In this document: piece by piece, positions 26,130-38,956 of the stretch
Numbering within the stretch: the first letter of the stretch is position 1
Layout of the letters: every line of letters starts with the position of its first letter
DNA from: Octopus bimaculoides
Lineage: Eukaryota
Reading direction: 5' to 3'
NCBI RefSeq assembly: GCF_001194135.2
Contig: NC_068983.1
Coordinates: 63,996,094 to 64,060,093, forward strand
Length of the DNA: 64,000 bases
Notes under the pieces: model-generated
Told to the model about the DNA's origin: nothing
Seen by the model: only the letters and a program-made list of their open reading frames with translations
Databases searched by the model: none
Position numbers and translations under genes: made by a program

Positions 26130-26830
26130 GAAGTCCTTATCAGTATTATGGGGTTCCATGTCGTCTGTGTATTAAAGAATCAATCAAGTTTGTCAGAGAA
26201 AGTCCCCATAGCCATTTGAGGAGCCAGAGGAAGGCAATAACCTTCGGCGTTCATCAATATTTTCAAAAGCATTTCTTTTTTACCATATATATCGATATGT
26301 ACTGCTTAGTCTAGATCTACGAACGCCGCCAACTTGTTGCACACCTGCGTTGTTGGGCCTCCAATTTCTGTAAATTTATCTTTATCAGTTTCTATCTTCA
26401 CACTTTACGATTATAGTTTTTAGAACTTATCATTTTAATAGTTAATTATTTTTATTATATTTATTCTCTTCATTCTTATTAGATCCCTAGTTTGTGATAT
26501 GTTTAACCTACTTCTCTTGCACCATGTATGACTTCCTCCTTAATTGGATCAACAACTGTTACTATCGATATTTACACCCCTTACTTAATCTTCTACTGAG
26601 GGTACCACACTTCGCAACACTTGATCATTTTCAGTATCTTCATAACTAGACATAAAAAGAGGACATAAAACCAGCATAGTGTCTTAAACCTCTTCATTTT
26701 AATTCTTGTCTTTCAGTTTATCACACTGGCAGTCTTTTAGGGTATAACTCAACAAATATGAACATTTCTTCCCCTCTTTACTTTGAATGACTGACGATTA
26801 TCTTGTTAGCTTTACCATCCATACCACTCC
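26130..26830 (-). mobile_element. Possible highly decayed CR1/L2-like LINE 3' fragment
   Basis: Scattered motifs KANKII...RGEEM and INLQKLEAQQRRCAT resemble CR1 post-RT motifs (KAN..LG...R / LE.VQRRAT); many stops. Confidence 0.3.
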
Positions 26831-26952
26831 TCTCTACACCCCCTTCTACCTCTCTCTTCTCTCACTTCTTATTCTCCTTGTCTTGGTCCTCGGTTGTCTT
26901 CCTTCATCAGTTTTAGTGCTATTCTTTTTTTATTCTTTGCATACCATCTAGT

Positions 26953-26965
26953 GACTACTACTATA

Positions 26966-27029
<64 letters not shown>

Positions 27030-27030
27030 T

Positions 27031-27075
<45 letters not shown>

Positions 27076-27084
27076 CACTACTAC
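26953..27084. repeat. (ACT)n microsatellite
   Basis: Seen directly. Confidence 0.95.
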
Positions 27085-27103
27085 TTTTTTTATTCGGTCT
27101 CAC

Positions 27104-27147
27104 GCAAGTTAAATTTCGTAAGCTTCTTACCTAGCTCGTCAGGCTCA
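27104..27147 (-). ncRNA. Possible degenerate hammerhead motif
   Basis: TGAGC-CTGACGA-GCTAG GTAAG AAG CTTAC-GAAA-T TTAA C-TT-GC: both core strands present, but helices I and III pair poorly. Confidence 0.25.
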
Positions 27148-27209
27148 GGTAGCTTAATAGAGGCACACCGAGATTTGGACTGCTCTTGGTCAAGCCAATT
27201 TACATGGTT

Positions 27210-27308
<99 letters not shown>

Positions 27309-27363
27309 GCATATGTGTGTTTATTTGGGTGCGAATATATGTATATTACATTATTAAAGTGTA

Positions 27364-27747
27364 GGCGCAATGGCCCAGTGGTTAGGGCAGCGGACTCGCG
27401 GTCATATGATCGAGGATTCGACTCTCAGACCGGGCGTTGTGAGTGTTTATTGAGCGAAAACACATAAAGCTCCACCTGGCTCCGGCAGGGGCTGGTGGTG
27501 AACCCTGCTGTACTCTCTCACCACAAATTTCTCTCACTTTTACTTCCTGTTTCTGTTGTGCCTGTAATTCAAAGGGCCAGCCTTGTCACAGTGTGTCACG
27601 CTGAATATCCACGAGAACTACGTTAAGGGTGCACGTGTCTGTGGAGTGCTCAGCCACTTGCACGTTAATTTCACGAGCAGTCTGTTCCGTTGATCGGATC
27701 AACTGGAACCCTCGTCGTCGTAAGCGACGGAGTGCCAACAACAACAA
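27364..27747 (+). mobile_element. tRNA-derived SINE family A, full length
   Basis: GGCGCAATGGCCCAGTGGTTAGGGCAGCGGACTCGCGGTC...GATTCGACTC head, conserved body, 3' GGAGTGCC(AAC)n tail. Confidence 0.9.
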
Positions 27748-28366
27748 TACATTACTAAAATTGTTGTCCTCCTCAACATAACAATACTTTTGCATAACAA
27801 AATTCTTTTGCAGTTTAATCATTCCTACCGTTATAAAATTCCAACGGCTTTATCATTTGAAAGCGAAGCCAATTTGTATGCAATTAAGTAAGTGTGTGTG
27901 TGTGTAGTTATGAGAATATGTGTATGCTTGTGCGTATGTGACTGCTCGTCTCTTTGTGTAAGCGTGTGTGCCTGTGTGTGTAGCGTGTATATGCGTGTAT
28001 CTTTATTTAAGTATTGCTTTCAGTGAATCTGCCTGTGATTACTTTTTTATGTAACATTTACATTCCAGCATTATTCTACGAAAAAACAAAATCCTTTGCA
28101 CAAAATACAACTTAAATACGGGTTTTATAAGGAAATGTAATTAGCCATACGTAGAACGAAAGCTATTGAGTTACATTTCCTCGTAGGGTACTTATAAAAG
28201 CAGTGCATCGGTTTCTGGTTAGTTTAATAGCTTTGTAGAAAATATTTGCAAACGAGTAAGATTATGTACAGAAAAATTAGTGAGTTGTCATAGCGTTTGT
28301 TAATAATGCTAGGCAGATTATTTCATGAAAAATGTGATGCTTATACACACAAGCATGTATACCTAT

Positions 28367-29352
28367 CGAAACTCCAAAGATGATCTGGAACTCGACTGAC
28401 GAAAGAAAATTCCAAAAGATCCATCGTTATCTTTTCTTGTCCCTTTTTGTATCATGTAACTGTTTGGATGTTTTGTTGTCGCCTGGTGTCGCCTGTAGTC
28501 TCCTGTAGTCGCCTGTAGTCGCCTGTTGTCGCCTGTAGTCGCCTGTTGCGTTCTTGTCCCATTTTTGTATTCTTTTTTATAAACATATCGCGGCGTACGT
28601 ACACTTTGGTCTCTTATATGTAAGTACACATTAATATACATATCTAAATTTTATACGACTCTATTTCTTTCATTCTTTCTTTCTTTCTTTCAGCTCTTTC
28701 ACACCTCATTCTTTCCACTCTTCTTTCTTTCGTTCCCCCTCTTTCCCATTTCCTAGCCTTCCTTTCATTCTCACCTTCCCTCTCTTTTTCACTTGACTCT
28801 GTCCCTTTTCTTTTTTTCTCGTCTCTCCCTAATTCTTCTATCCCTCTGCCTCTACATCCCTCCTCTCCTTCCACGTGACTGGTGTTCAGCCAAGCCTGAC
28901 CTTTCTGTCTTGGTTCGACTACCATCCATGCAACATCTATATTCCTTCTCATGCCTATTATCTCTTATGTCCCTGCCATAAGGCTTTATTTTCACACACT
29001 CCAGTTTAATTCAATCCGTCCTTAGTTGAAAGACACCTGTTGTCAATGTCCTGTTGTTTGCATTTGTATTTGTGTACCGGTTCTCCGTTTTTCCGTCCTT
29101 GTATTCGTATACATTCGCTTCTTTCTTCCAAGGAATCTAGTGCTCTTAGCTTAGATTTTACTTGGGGCTCGCCAGATTGGAGCAGTTTCGAGTATAACCA
29201 GCCGAAACTGCAAAGGTGATCTGGAACTCGACTGACGAAAGAAAACTCCGAATGACCTGTCCTTGTTTTTTCTTGTTCTTTTTTTGTATCATCTAATTAT
29301 CTAGATGTTTTGTTGTTACCTGTTGCGTTCTTGTCCCTTTTTTTGGTATTCT
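28367..29352. repeat. Two ~150-210-bp direct repeats about 836 bp apart flanking a CT-rich spacer; pseudo-LTR-like remnant (inferred)
   Basis: CGAAACT..AAAG.TGATCTGGAACTCGACTGACGAAAGAAAA.TCC...TTTTGTATCAT...GATGTTTTGTTGT..CCTGTTGCGTTCTTGTCCC occurs at 28367-28580 and 29203-29352; followed by (TA)n. Confidence 0.75.
28477..28546. repeat. 10-bp minisatellite (AGTCGCCTGT)x7
   Basis: Seven slightly variant units seen directly; the paralogous repeat has a single unit. Confidence 0.92.
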
Positions 29353-29993
29353 TTGATATATATATATATATATATATATGTATGGGATCTGAAGACAAGC
29401 TACAAACCACATTCAATCAAATGGATCATAGAGGCGCAAGTTATGTGTAGCTGAGAGATAGCACACTCATCTTAAATCCGAGAACTCCACTACACTACTG
29501 AACTACAGATCCGAAATGATTCGAAAATGCAAGCACATTGACAAGTTTCTTTTGTCGAAATGGAAGACACCACTCACTCCGGAGTGAGTAGCTATTTCCG
29601 GGACGTTGGCTCCATCTCTATTACAATATTATACTCCAGCTAAATGAGCTAGGATTTCTATAGACAAAGTGGCCGAAGATCTTGTTATTCTTACAATTCA
29701 TTCTTCTTGTTCCACTCCCGGCACCAAGCTTCATTGCATTTTTTCTTCTCCTTGTTTATTTCCCGCATGTTTTCCTATAGACAAGCGTCTTAGTTCTTAA
29801 ATTCGTCTAACGGTATGCACTGAGTCTGAAAGATTGGTTGGAAATACATGGAACGTTGCCTAAATCTGCCAAATTATTGTATCTTTAAGCATGAAACTTA
29901 CTAAATCTTTTACAAAGCGCGTATCTTAACCGATATTTATCTCCTCCTGGAGATTCTACCTAATAACAAAACTATATATATATACATATATAC

Positions 29994-30037
<44 letters not shown>

Positions 30038-30994
30038 TGAGAGAGAGAGAGAGGGAGGGAGGGAGAGAAAGATATATAGAGAGAAATGAGTGAGAATATA
30101 TGTCTGTGTGTTATGGAATTGAAGAAATTTCTTTTCAACTGTTGTTTTGATATATGATGGTTAGCTTCTGGCTTTACGAAAATGAAATCTTTTACACGAA
30201 ATGTACCTGAAATGTAGGTTATATTGAAAAATTTAATCATTTTCACCTGAAACGAAAAGCAATTGAAATACTTTCACAAATATGAACATGTAACAAAAGT
30301 GTTTTCTGATATTGGCTGGTATAATATTTGTTAGTGCAAAATACTTCCAAACAGAGACAAACATGCAGAGAAAAATATCTTTTGTTTTCATTTCTAAAAC
30401 GTTTGTTAATAATGGATGACAGATCATTTTTACAATGATGGGTAGTGTTTCACAGCGAGAGTTGTACTTCTTCATATATTGAAGTTATGATTATAATTAT
30501 CGTGTGTTGCCTAGAAGCATTTAAACAACGAATATGTATGAGGATGGGATAAACCAGTATGCTGAAACGTGACATTCTTCTGATTGATTTTTGAAATTTT
30601 ATATTCACACAGTTTTTGCTTTCATTATATCTTCATTTTGTATTCAGAACGTAAGGCTTCGAATTTATTTCGTTCAATAACAGAATAAAATCACTTTCTT
30701 CGAACGAGTGTCTCCGATGCTTAATTCTTTTGCAAAGTTAGTTCAAATTTTATTATAGTAAGCGTTATCTACTACAGGAAATAAAATCGAAATAATTAAG
30801 GTGTCACTGTAGTTTTCCGTCTCGTTTGATACATCAGTCTATTATTGCTGAAGTTCGCATCATGGCGCGATTTACTTTCTCATCACTCCGAATATGTCTC
30901 TCTCTTTAGACTGTTTAAATGGTGAAGGCACGGTTCTTTCTCAGTCGAGATAATTATACAGAAATACAAACACTTTCTCATGCACATTAAAGCC

Positions 30995-31235
30995 CTTTCC
31001 CCCTTTCCCCGAAAATTTCAGGCCTTGTGCCTAGAGTAGAAAGGAATATCCGTAGCACGTCGGGCAAAATTCTTAGCGGCATATCGTCCGTCTTTACTTT
31101 TTGAGTTCAAATTCCGCGAGTTCGATTTGCCTTTCATTCTTTCAGGGTCGATAGAATAGTTGAGAACTGGGGTAGATGAAATCAATTTGCCCTTCCTCCG
31201 AAATTGTTGGCCTTGTGCCAAAATTTGAAACCAAT
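30995..31235 (+). mobile_element. SINE-like family B copy preceded by the tail of another copy
   Basis: GGCCTTGTGCC tail at ~31021 and again at ~31210; body GTAGCACGTCGGGC...GAGTTCAAATTCCGC. Confidence 0.8.
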
Positions 31236-32120
31236 ATGAATATGCCGTTTGACAGTGTATGACAAAGATCTGTCTACACAGCCCACATATGAGCACCGTC
31301 CCACTTCACTCAAACATCACAGCCCTGATTCAGATGTTCCATATCTACTCTTCATCAACTCTGTTGTTTCTCTGAGACGAGTTTTGCCACCTGCTCAATT
31401 CTGTTTCGATTGTATATGAACCTTTTGTTACTTCAATCAACGTTTACACCTGTTCATATATACTACTCTTCCTCCTCCTTAACGTTTACACTCCTATCTG
31501 ACATATATATTTTAGCATCGTTATTCCATGTCACATACATTTGTACACTCTCCATCTAGGACTGTAGTATCTACACGTGAATGGTTTTGAAAAGAACGTG
31601 TGCATTATTTTAATAAGACCGTTATCTAGGAGCAGAAAAAAGCTGTGGTTATCAGTTAATCCTTTTAATGATGCACATTTTCGAATAACTTTTTCCACTT
31701 CTCTATAACCACTGAAGAGTTAAACTTATATATACCACCACCAGATTTTTTTTAGAGAATATCATGAAGTTGATATGATAAAAATCAGGTGGGTGAACAA
31801 AGGGTGAACGAATAGCTGTACCAATGATATATCTCCAGCTTCCCTCCAAATGTACGCGAGAAAAGGTTGATATATTTAAATTAAATTCTGATCAATTAGT
31901 AGGTGTATCGGGGGTTGCCAAATCGCTCTAATCATATATCTACGTCATAGATGAAGCGGTTTTGTTGATCTGCTCCACATCACTGATGTCCGTTTTGTAA
32001 ACGACATTTTTATCACCAAATGGACGACAACGGAGAGATCCATTCGGACATTTAGTTTTTGGTTCCGTATTTATTTATTGCTGCCAAGTATATGGGAAGG
32101 GTTTTTCCCAATCTTTTCAG

Positions 32121-32155
32121 CTAATTACAGTTGTTATCAAAGTACTGTCGTACAG
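32121..32155 (+). CDS. Candidate 35-nt internal micro-exon (could read (A)NYSCYQSTVVQ); host gene unknown
   Basis: Acceptor TTTTTCCCAATCTTTTCAG and donor CAG|GTAAGA; no other exon could be linked to it. Confidence 0.25.
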
Positions 32156-33597
32156 GTAAGATTTATTCATATTATAGATATTTCCGTGCAGAATTTATTC
32201 TCAATATAAAATCAGTAACCAAATATTTTGGTTGATGGGTTTGTTAGAGACGCAGCAATAGTTGAAATTATCCATAAGAAAAAATTGGATCCATTGGAAA
32301 TATCCTTATCAGCATCGGCAAAAATGAAAGACGACTACATTGAACTTGGATTAAATATGGTGTGGGATTTATCAAGTTATGATTCGACTAAAGAACCTAA
32401 GTGAAAGATGCGAATACGGATGCAATAAACTTCTGTGTCAATTTCATCTATTTGGTCGAATGATTATAACTGTGCTATAACTTACTTTTGGATGATAACG
32501 CGTTGTTGCTGATGAATCTCGCAGTATTGAGAACCGAACTCGGTTTTTTTTTGTATCGCTTAATATCACCGCTGTCTTTCTTTGTTTTTGAGACTATCCC
32601 AGATAAATTAAAATTCAAGCAAATAATGTAAGCAAGCCGGAGACCTACACTTTTATGAATGTTGAAATCATTTTCGAGCGGTATAATTGAATCTTAACAG
32701 ATTATTAGCAGCATTCTTGATGATGAATGTAAGAAGTGTGTTTGTATGTGTAAGAGAAAAGTGGGAAGTTGTGGGAGTCGGGTGGCTGTGAGCTGTGTGT
32801 GTATCCTGTGTATGCAGAAACAGTTCTTGTGTGTTGAGGGTGGGTGTGAGTATTGCGTGGAAGAAGAAATGGGTAGTGAGGGAGAGTGTGAGATGGTATG
32901 TATGGGAGTGACGTGGAAGAAGGGGACAGAGCGAAACAGACAAAGAGAAGCAGTGAATATTGATGTAGCACGCAAGGAAACGTTGCGACTGAAAGACGTT
33001 CCTCTGTGGAGGGAAGTGTTGGAGGGTGCAGGGTTTGTGATCCTTTACTATTAGTAAATGTTTTGGTTTAGTAATAATTTATTGCTGCTAAGCATCAGGG
33101 AGAAACGTTTGCCAATATTTTTAGTTAATTACAGTTGTTATCATAGTACTGTCGTCTATAAATGTATTTATATCCGGAAGATCAGCAACCCGTTGCTAAA
33201 CCGGATGTGTCTGAGACGCATTGCTAACCTGGTTTGCTTGATTTAGACAAAATATATATGAATGTATGTAGTTGTTTTTTTTATATCAAATGTATGACTT
33301 TAAAAGTAACTTCACTCGATTTGTCATACAAAGTCCATTGTAGAGTTCTAATCAAATTGCTTATTTTACTTAACATTGTTACAGAAGATCTAAGAAGAAA
33401 TAAGTCTGCATTTCATTTAACGCATATAATTTGTGTTCAACTCAGTCACACACAGACTATATTTACATACTCACACATCCCCACCACCACCCACCTACAC
33501 ACACAATCATATACACACATGCACATACAAACATGCACATACACACAAACACTCACACACTTACACACAAACACACATTCACACACGCACTCAGGCG

Positions 33598-33628
<31 letters not shown>

Positions 33629-34569
33629 ACACACACACACACACATGCAGGCAGGGAATAGAACTTTGCACGCTTTCATATATGTTTTAACAATATATTG
33701 CAATTTGTCCTGAGTGACTGAATCTCGAAACATCTTTTGACTTCATTAGCATTCCTACAGGAAATATGTGCACCAATGACAGATTTCTTTTTTCTTCTGA
33801 TTTCTACAGAAAGCAATATTTCTATAGAGTATTAATTACGGAAAAAGGAATAGCGAAAATAAGCTGGAGAACTAACTCGCATCATATTGCTTCATAAAAG
33901 AATGGAACGCGTGCTTAATAAAGATTCTTTTAATTCTAAATGAATCAACTATTATATTTTTCCATTAGGGAAAATTGTCGTTACTCTGTAACGGTGGTGC
34001 ATGAACATATCCTGTTTTGATCTGTGAAAAATCACTCCATTATTGCGCGACGCCACTAGCAATATAAATGATAAGTGCATAACCAATAATCTTCACAAAC
34101 TTTAATCATAATGCCTTATGACATTTCTATTATTGTTTAAACTGGGTTAGCCAAAAACTACACTCGTATTAAAGTATAGCGAAAGTGAAATCAACCTGTT
34201 ATCGGCCTTCTTTGTTCGAACGTATTCTTGTACTACATTGTTTAACGTGCTCTTTCTTAAGTCGGAAGGGTAGGAGTAGAGGTATATTTGGCTACAGAAT
34301 GTAGAAACCCATGACATCCGTACTTGTGCTGTAATAGTATCAGTTCGATTACCCTCTCGAAATAATCAAGCTGATTATGCTAATTAAATAATTAATATAA
34401 TCAATGTTAGAAACTTCAATGTGTGGAGTAAACACTTCAGGTAAAAGTGTTCCTACGCGAGGTAATAGGCGAAGTATTTCTAACAAATATCGCATCAGAG
34501 GTAAACATCTTTTGTAAACGCTTATTTCAATTCAGTAATGGTTGAAAGAACAGTATGATATACACGCTC

Positions 34570-35745
34570 TACGCTGAAATCGAAAGGAAATATTCCGTGC
34601 TACTTGGACGGGAAATATAACTGAAACTAACAAGATTATTTGGACTGCAGCTATAGATACTGCAGGTAAGGTTGTATACAAAAGAAGAAAACAAATAGAA
34701 CGTAAAGAACCATACTGGCGTAGACAAAATTGTGAGCAACAAAGTTAAAAATACATTTAGGATAAGTTGATAGGTTGAAAAGAGGTGAATTGCAGAATGA
34801 CAGCATAAGAATAAAGCTGAAATGAACATAGACGAAGAGAGAAAGGGTATAATGTGATATTGGACGAAATGGAACAAAAAGTAGTAGCAATGAAAGTAAA
34901 ACTTAGAAAGATATGACTATAGAACAAAAGAATTAAGGCAAAACAAATTGCTTGAAGCAAATCACAACAAACAGGTTCAGGAACAAGATGGGCAATTATG
35001 AATAACAATGAGACCAGTTGCAGAGGAAAGCAGGGTATTTGGAGAAAAGATACACATGGAGAGAATATGTCATAAAAATTTAGAGCTTGCGGAACTTGAA
35101 ACGAGAAGGTGGTACACATTGTGTCAGAATGCCCCAAGTTGGAAAAGCAAGGATATAAGAAATAAAAGTACGACTATGTTGTAAACGTTTTACACTGGAA
35201 ACTGTGCTAGAAATGGGTATTTGAAGATGGAAACAAATGATGCAATTATCAGTTCGAAAGAGCACCATAGTCGGACAAATGCAAGATTCTGTGGGGCTTT
35301 CCAGTTCAAACGGACAAGAAATTAGAAAACAATAGACCAGATATTACAGTCATAGATAAGGAAAAGTGAAGTTACTTACCTATCGACCCATCATGCCCAT
35401 TTGTTTCCAAGAACGTAAGGAAAGAGAAAGAAGAAATACAATCTCCTAAAGTTTGAAAGAGGAAGAATTTGGAGCATGCAAACAATAAAGGTCATGCCTA
35501 TAATAAATGATGCGCTGGGAACAATAAGTTAAGTTATAGGCAAATGGCTGAGCGAGATTAAATAGAATGCCCGGTAGAGCTCCTACAGAAGGTTTGACTT
35601 TTAGGGGCTGCAGGGTTTATCAGGAGCGTATTAAGTACTTCAAAAACTGCTGAAAACTTGTGGATACCTAAGGTAACAGGTAGTGACCCACAATCCACTT
35701 AAACCCTACCAAAAATAACACTGACCCTGAGACAAACCAAACTGA
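34570..35745 (+). mobile_element. R4/Dong-clade (RLE) LINE with the RT domain deleted
   Basis: Pre-RT motifs (ITETNKIIWTAA...KEPYWRRQ...LRQNKLLE...EESRVF) are joined directly to zinc-knuckle and endonuclease motifs (RACG..EKVVHIVSECPKL...ILWGFPVQTDKKLENNRPDITVIDKE...LGTIS...LLQKV.LLG). Confidence 0.8.
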
Positions 35746-35816
35746 TAATGTTACGTGTGTGTGTGTGTGTGTGTGTGTGATTGCGTGCGTGTATGCGTGC
35801 GTGTATGCGTGCCTGT

Positions 35817-35868
<52 letters not shown>

Positions 35869-35934
35869 CTGTGTCAGTGTACGTGTTTGTGTTGGTTTCA
35901 AATTTTGTCACAAGTCTAGTATTTCGATTAAAAC

Positions 35935-36070
35935 TATCTCAGCACTGAACTGGTAATTATTTCATCAACACCGAAAGGATGAAAGGCAAAGTCCAACACG
36001 ACGGAATTTTAAAATCAGAACGTAAACACGGTCGAAATTCCGCTAGGCATCTCCAATTTTTAGCAAATTC
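35935..36070 (-). mobile_element. SINE-like family B fragment
   Basis: CCGAAAGGATGAAAGGCAAAGTC...CGGAATTTT..ATCAGAACGTAA. Confidence 0.75.
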
Positions 36071-38490
36071 TCGAGAGATGAGATCAGATCTATCTCAAAT
36101 ACCTTGTGCTAACAACTTATCTGTCATCTCCATTTATGAACTATTGGTTATAATTTCGAACTTAATGGCTCCAAAGTGATTGTGTCCTTACAACATAATG
36201 TAGATGTTTCTTCCTTAAACTTCCATGGATTACATTTTTAGCATTCGAAATCCATCAAACCAATAACGGGTTTAGGTGGGTTCATAATTGAGGTTGTAAG
36301 CCAGGACTAACTGATAAAGTATTTTCGATTCAATTGACCTGTATAGTTTTCCAGCTAGGTAGTATTCGTTTCCAGACTAAGGTGTCTATCTTCTAAGCTT
36401 CCTCATTGATCGGTGCCATTGAGTGGCATGACTTATTAAACTTCACTTTTTTTCTTATGCTCAGCTTTCTTCGCCGACCTTGCGTGTTGATGGTTATCAG
36501 ATTTATGCTTTTTATCTTATACTATTATAGTCATGTGCTTTTATCGAATCGATTTCATAGATTCCAACCATTTTTTTTTGTAGTATCACTTTCATAGTTT
36601 CCAGTCTTATTTTTTTTTCTTCTTCAGTATTGTTTTCGCTTACTTTCACATTCATATGTGGTATACCGTCTTTCTCGCAACTGCTCCGTTTCGGTGAAAT
36701 TCAGTCCTGGCGAGCTATTTTTCTCTCAGCTGTTCTCTTTCACTGATCTTCCGTTTTCGGTTATTTTCACTGCTAGCATCAAATATTTCTCTTCACTGTT
36801 ACTTTGTTTAACTTTTTCTTTTAAAATTCTGTGGGAGTCCAAAGAAGGTTTCAAAACCTGGTAGCTTATGTTTCTACGAACCATGGTAGAAATAATAAAA
36901 AAAAACACTTTAAAACAATTTGTTATCTGATGTTCACATTTTAAATCTGTAATTTCCCTCTTTGGGCACCTGTTTTCGAGTGTTCTAGAGCGAACATGCA
37001 CATAGGAATACACTGACAAGAGTTTACATAATTGAAGTAAAGATAGAACCTGATATTTTGGATATATTTAACATAAATTCATTGCCCAATATTTTGCGGG
37101 TTTAAAATTAAAATAAGTTTTACTCAGACAGAATTTAGTTATATATAAAGCCATAGAATTGTTTAACTAAACAATAAAGCAAATCATGCAATGAAAATAA
37201 AAATAATGATGGAAGAAAATAATGGAAAAGTATTTCACATGATATTGATTTAATCTCAAAAACTAACTTTATAAAAATAGTAAAACATTTGCATAATATT
37301 AGTATAACACATTAGATCAATAATGTTATTTACACTATCGATATCAATATATTTTTTGTTCATACAAATTTAACATGAAAATTTTTAATATTTCCAGCCC
37401 TATTAATATTTTCTAATAGTCTTAAAACTATTTATCGTCTTAAAAGTTTTCTACTTTTCATCGAAATTTGTCTCTTTATCATTTTTTAAACCTATAATAT
37501 TTTTGAATTCTTAAATATCCTGTTCCAGAATAAACTAAAAGTTTTCTGTTCCTGCATATCCTAAAAATGTTATGCTCCATGAAAGATCTTCCTCTTCTAA
37601 AAGCTATATTCTACTGTAAATTGCAGAAGGACACAACAACGAAGAATTATGAAATTACCAGAAAAGTAACAAGTAGTATATCATATGCCACTAATATAGC
37701 TTCAATAATTAGAAAGAATATCAGAAAGGGCGGTGCATGCAATTTGTGGTTCCTAGTGGAGTGGACATACAGAGTTTATTCCTTTTTTAGTTTACTAAGA
37801 GTCTAGCTTAGGCATCCTATGTGTAATGATTAGATCGGACAAATACTCACTCATGATACCATTTACGCTCCTGGTTACATACATACATACATACATACAT
37901 ATACACATACACACACATATATATACATATATATATGTATATATGTGTGTTTATATATATATATATATATATATATNNNNNNNNNNNNNNNNNNNNNNNN
38001 NNNNNNNNNNNNNNNNNNNNNNNNNNNNNNNNNNNNNNNNNNNNNNNNNNNNNNNNNNNNNNNNNNNNNNNNNNNNNNNNNNNNNNNNNNNNNNNNNNNN
38101 NNNNNNNNNNNNNNNNNNNNNNNNNNNNNNNNNNNNNNNNNNNNNNNNNNNNNNNNNNNNNNNNNNNNNNNNNNNNNNNNNNNNNNNNNNNNNNNNNNNN
38201 NNNNNNNNNNNNNNNNNNNNNNNNNNNNNNNNNNNNNNNNNNNNNNNNNNNNNNNNNNNTATATATAAATAAGGATAAGATCAATATTTAAAATATTGAT
38301 TTTATCAAGTGGCCAGCATGGGAATAAAAACCATCAAAGGTAATAATTATTAAAAATTATAATACAGGGTATCTATGAGATACCGCCACGCTGAAAAATA
38401 GCAGTCAACTCTTGATTTTAAACCACAATAATTGTCCACATAACACAAGGAGCGAAGACGACAAAATAAACCAGTAAAAATAACAAGATA

Positions 38491-38549
38491 ATTCCAGATC
38501 CTGGATTTCTGGCTTTGCATAAATAATGTTTTGCCTTCATCAGTGGAAT
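38491..38549 (-). ncRNA. Type I hammerhead ribozyme with intact catalytic core
   Basis: ATTCCA-CTGATGA-A-GGC(AAAACATTATTTATGCAAA)GCC-A-GAAA-TC CAG GA-TC-TGGAAT: 6-bp helix I, AUC triplet, predicted cut between 38497 and 38496. Confidence 0.75.
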
Positions 38550-38956
38550 ATACTCAGGCACATAAATACAAATACATGTATATAAACAGCATACTTACAT
38601 ATACGGACGTCTACACACATATCTATGCACGTATGTACACGACTAGCTTAAATAGCCCGCCTAAAAACTCCTCGTGCGATACGGACAGAATATCAGCGCA
38701 GTAAATACACTGACAAAACAAATTTATATAAATAAGGATAAGATCAATATTTAAAATATTGATTTTATCAAGTGGCCAGCATGGGAATAAAAACCATCAA
38801 ATGTAATAATTATTAAAAATTATAATACAGGGTATCTATGAGATACCGCCACGCTGAAAAATAGCAGTCAAATCTTGACTTTAAACCACAATAAATGTCC
38901 ACATAGCACAAGGAGCGAAGACGAAGACAAGATAAACCAGTAAAAATAACAAGATA

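Noticed and set aside
26870-26912. CTGATGA-AGG on the minus strand; similar isolated CTGANGA hits near 9120, 13390, 13610, 32510, 36620, 42790 and 51970
   Set aside because: No correctly spaced GAAA with pairing helices; chance 7-mers.
27364-27440. tRNA gene (also at 10470-10544 and 62740-62810)
   Set aside because: The tRNA-like heads lack a proper acceptor stem and continue into multicopy SINE bodies.
29140-29262. Hammerhead in the 29-kb repeat (CTGGCGA..AAAA on minus; CTGACGA..GAAT on plus)
   Set aside because: Core nucleotides deviate and helices I and III cannot be paired in either orientation.
28367-29352. CRISPR-like array suggested by short repeats
   Set aside because: The units are contiguous 10-mers without unique spacers, there are no cas genes, and the context is eukaryotic.
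30207-30246. Minus-strand 40-nt candidate exon (TTTCGTTTCAG|...CAG|GTACAT)
   Set aside because: Plausible splice sites but no recognisable peptide or partner exon; such sites are common by chance in AT-rich DNA.
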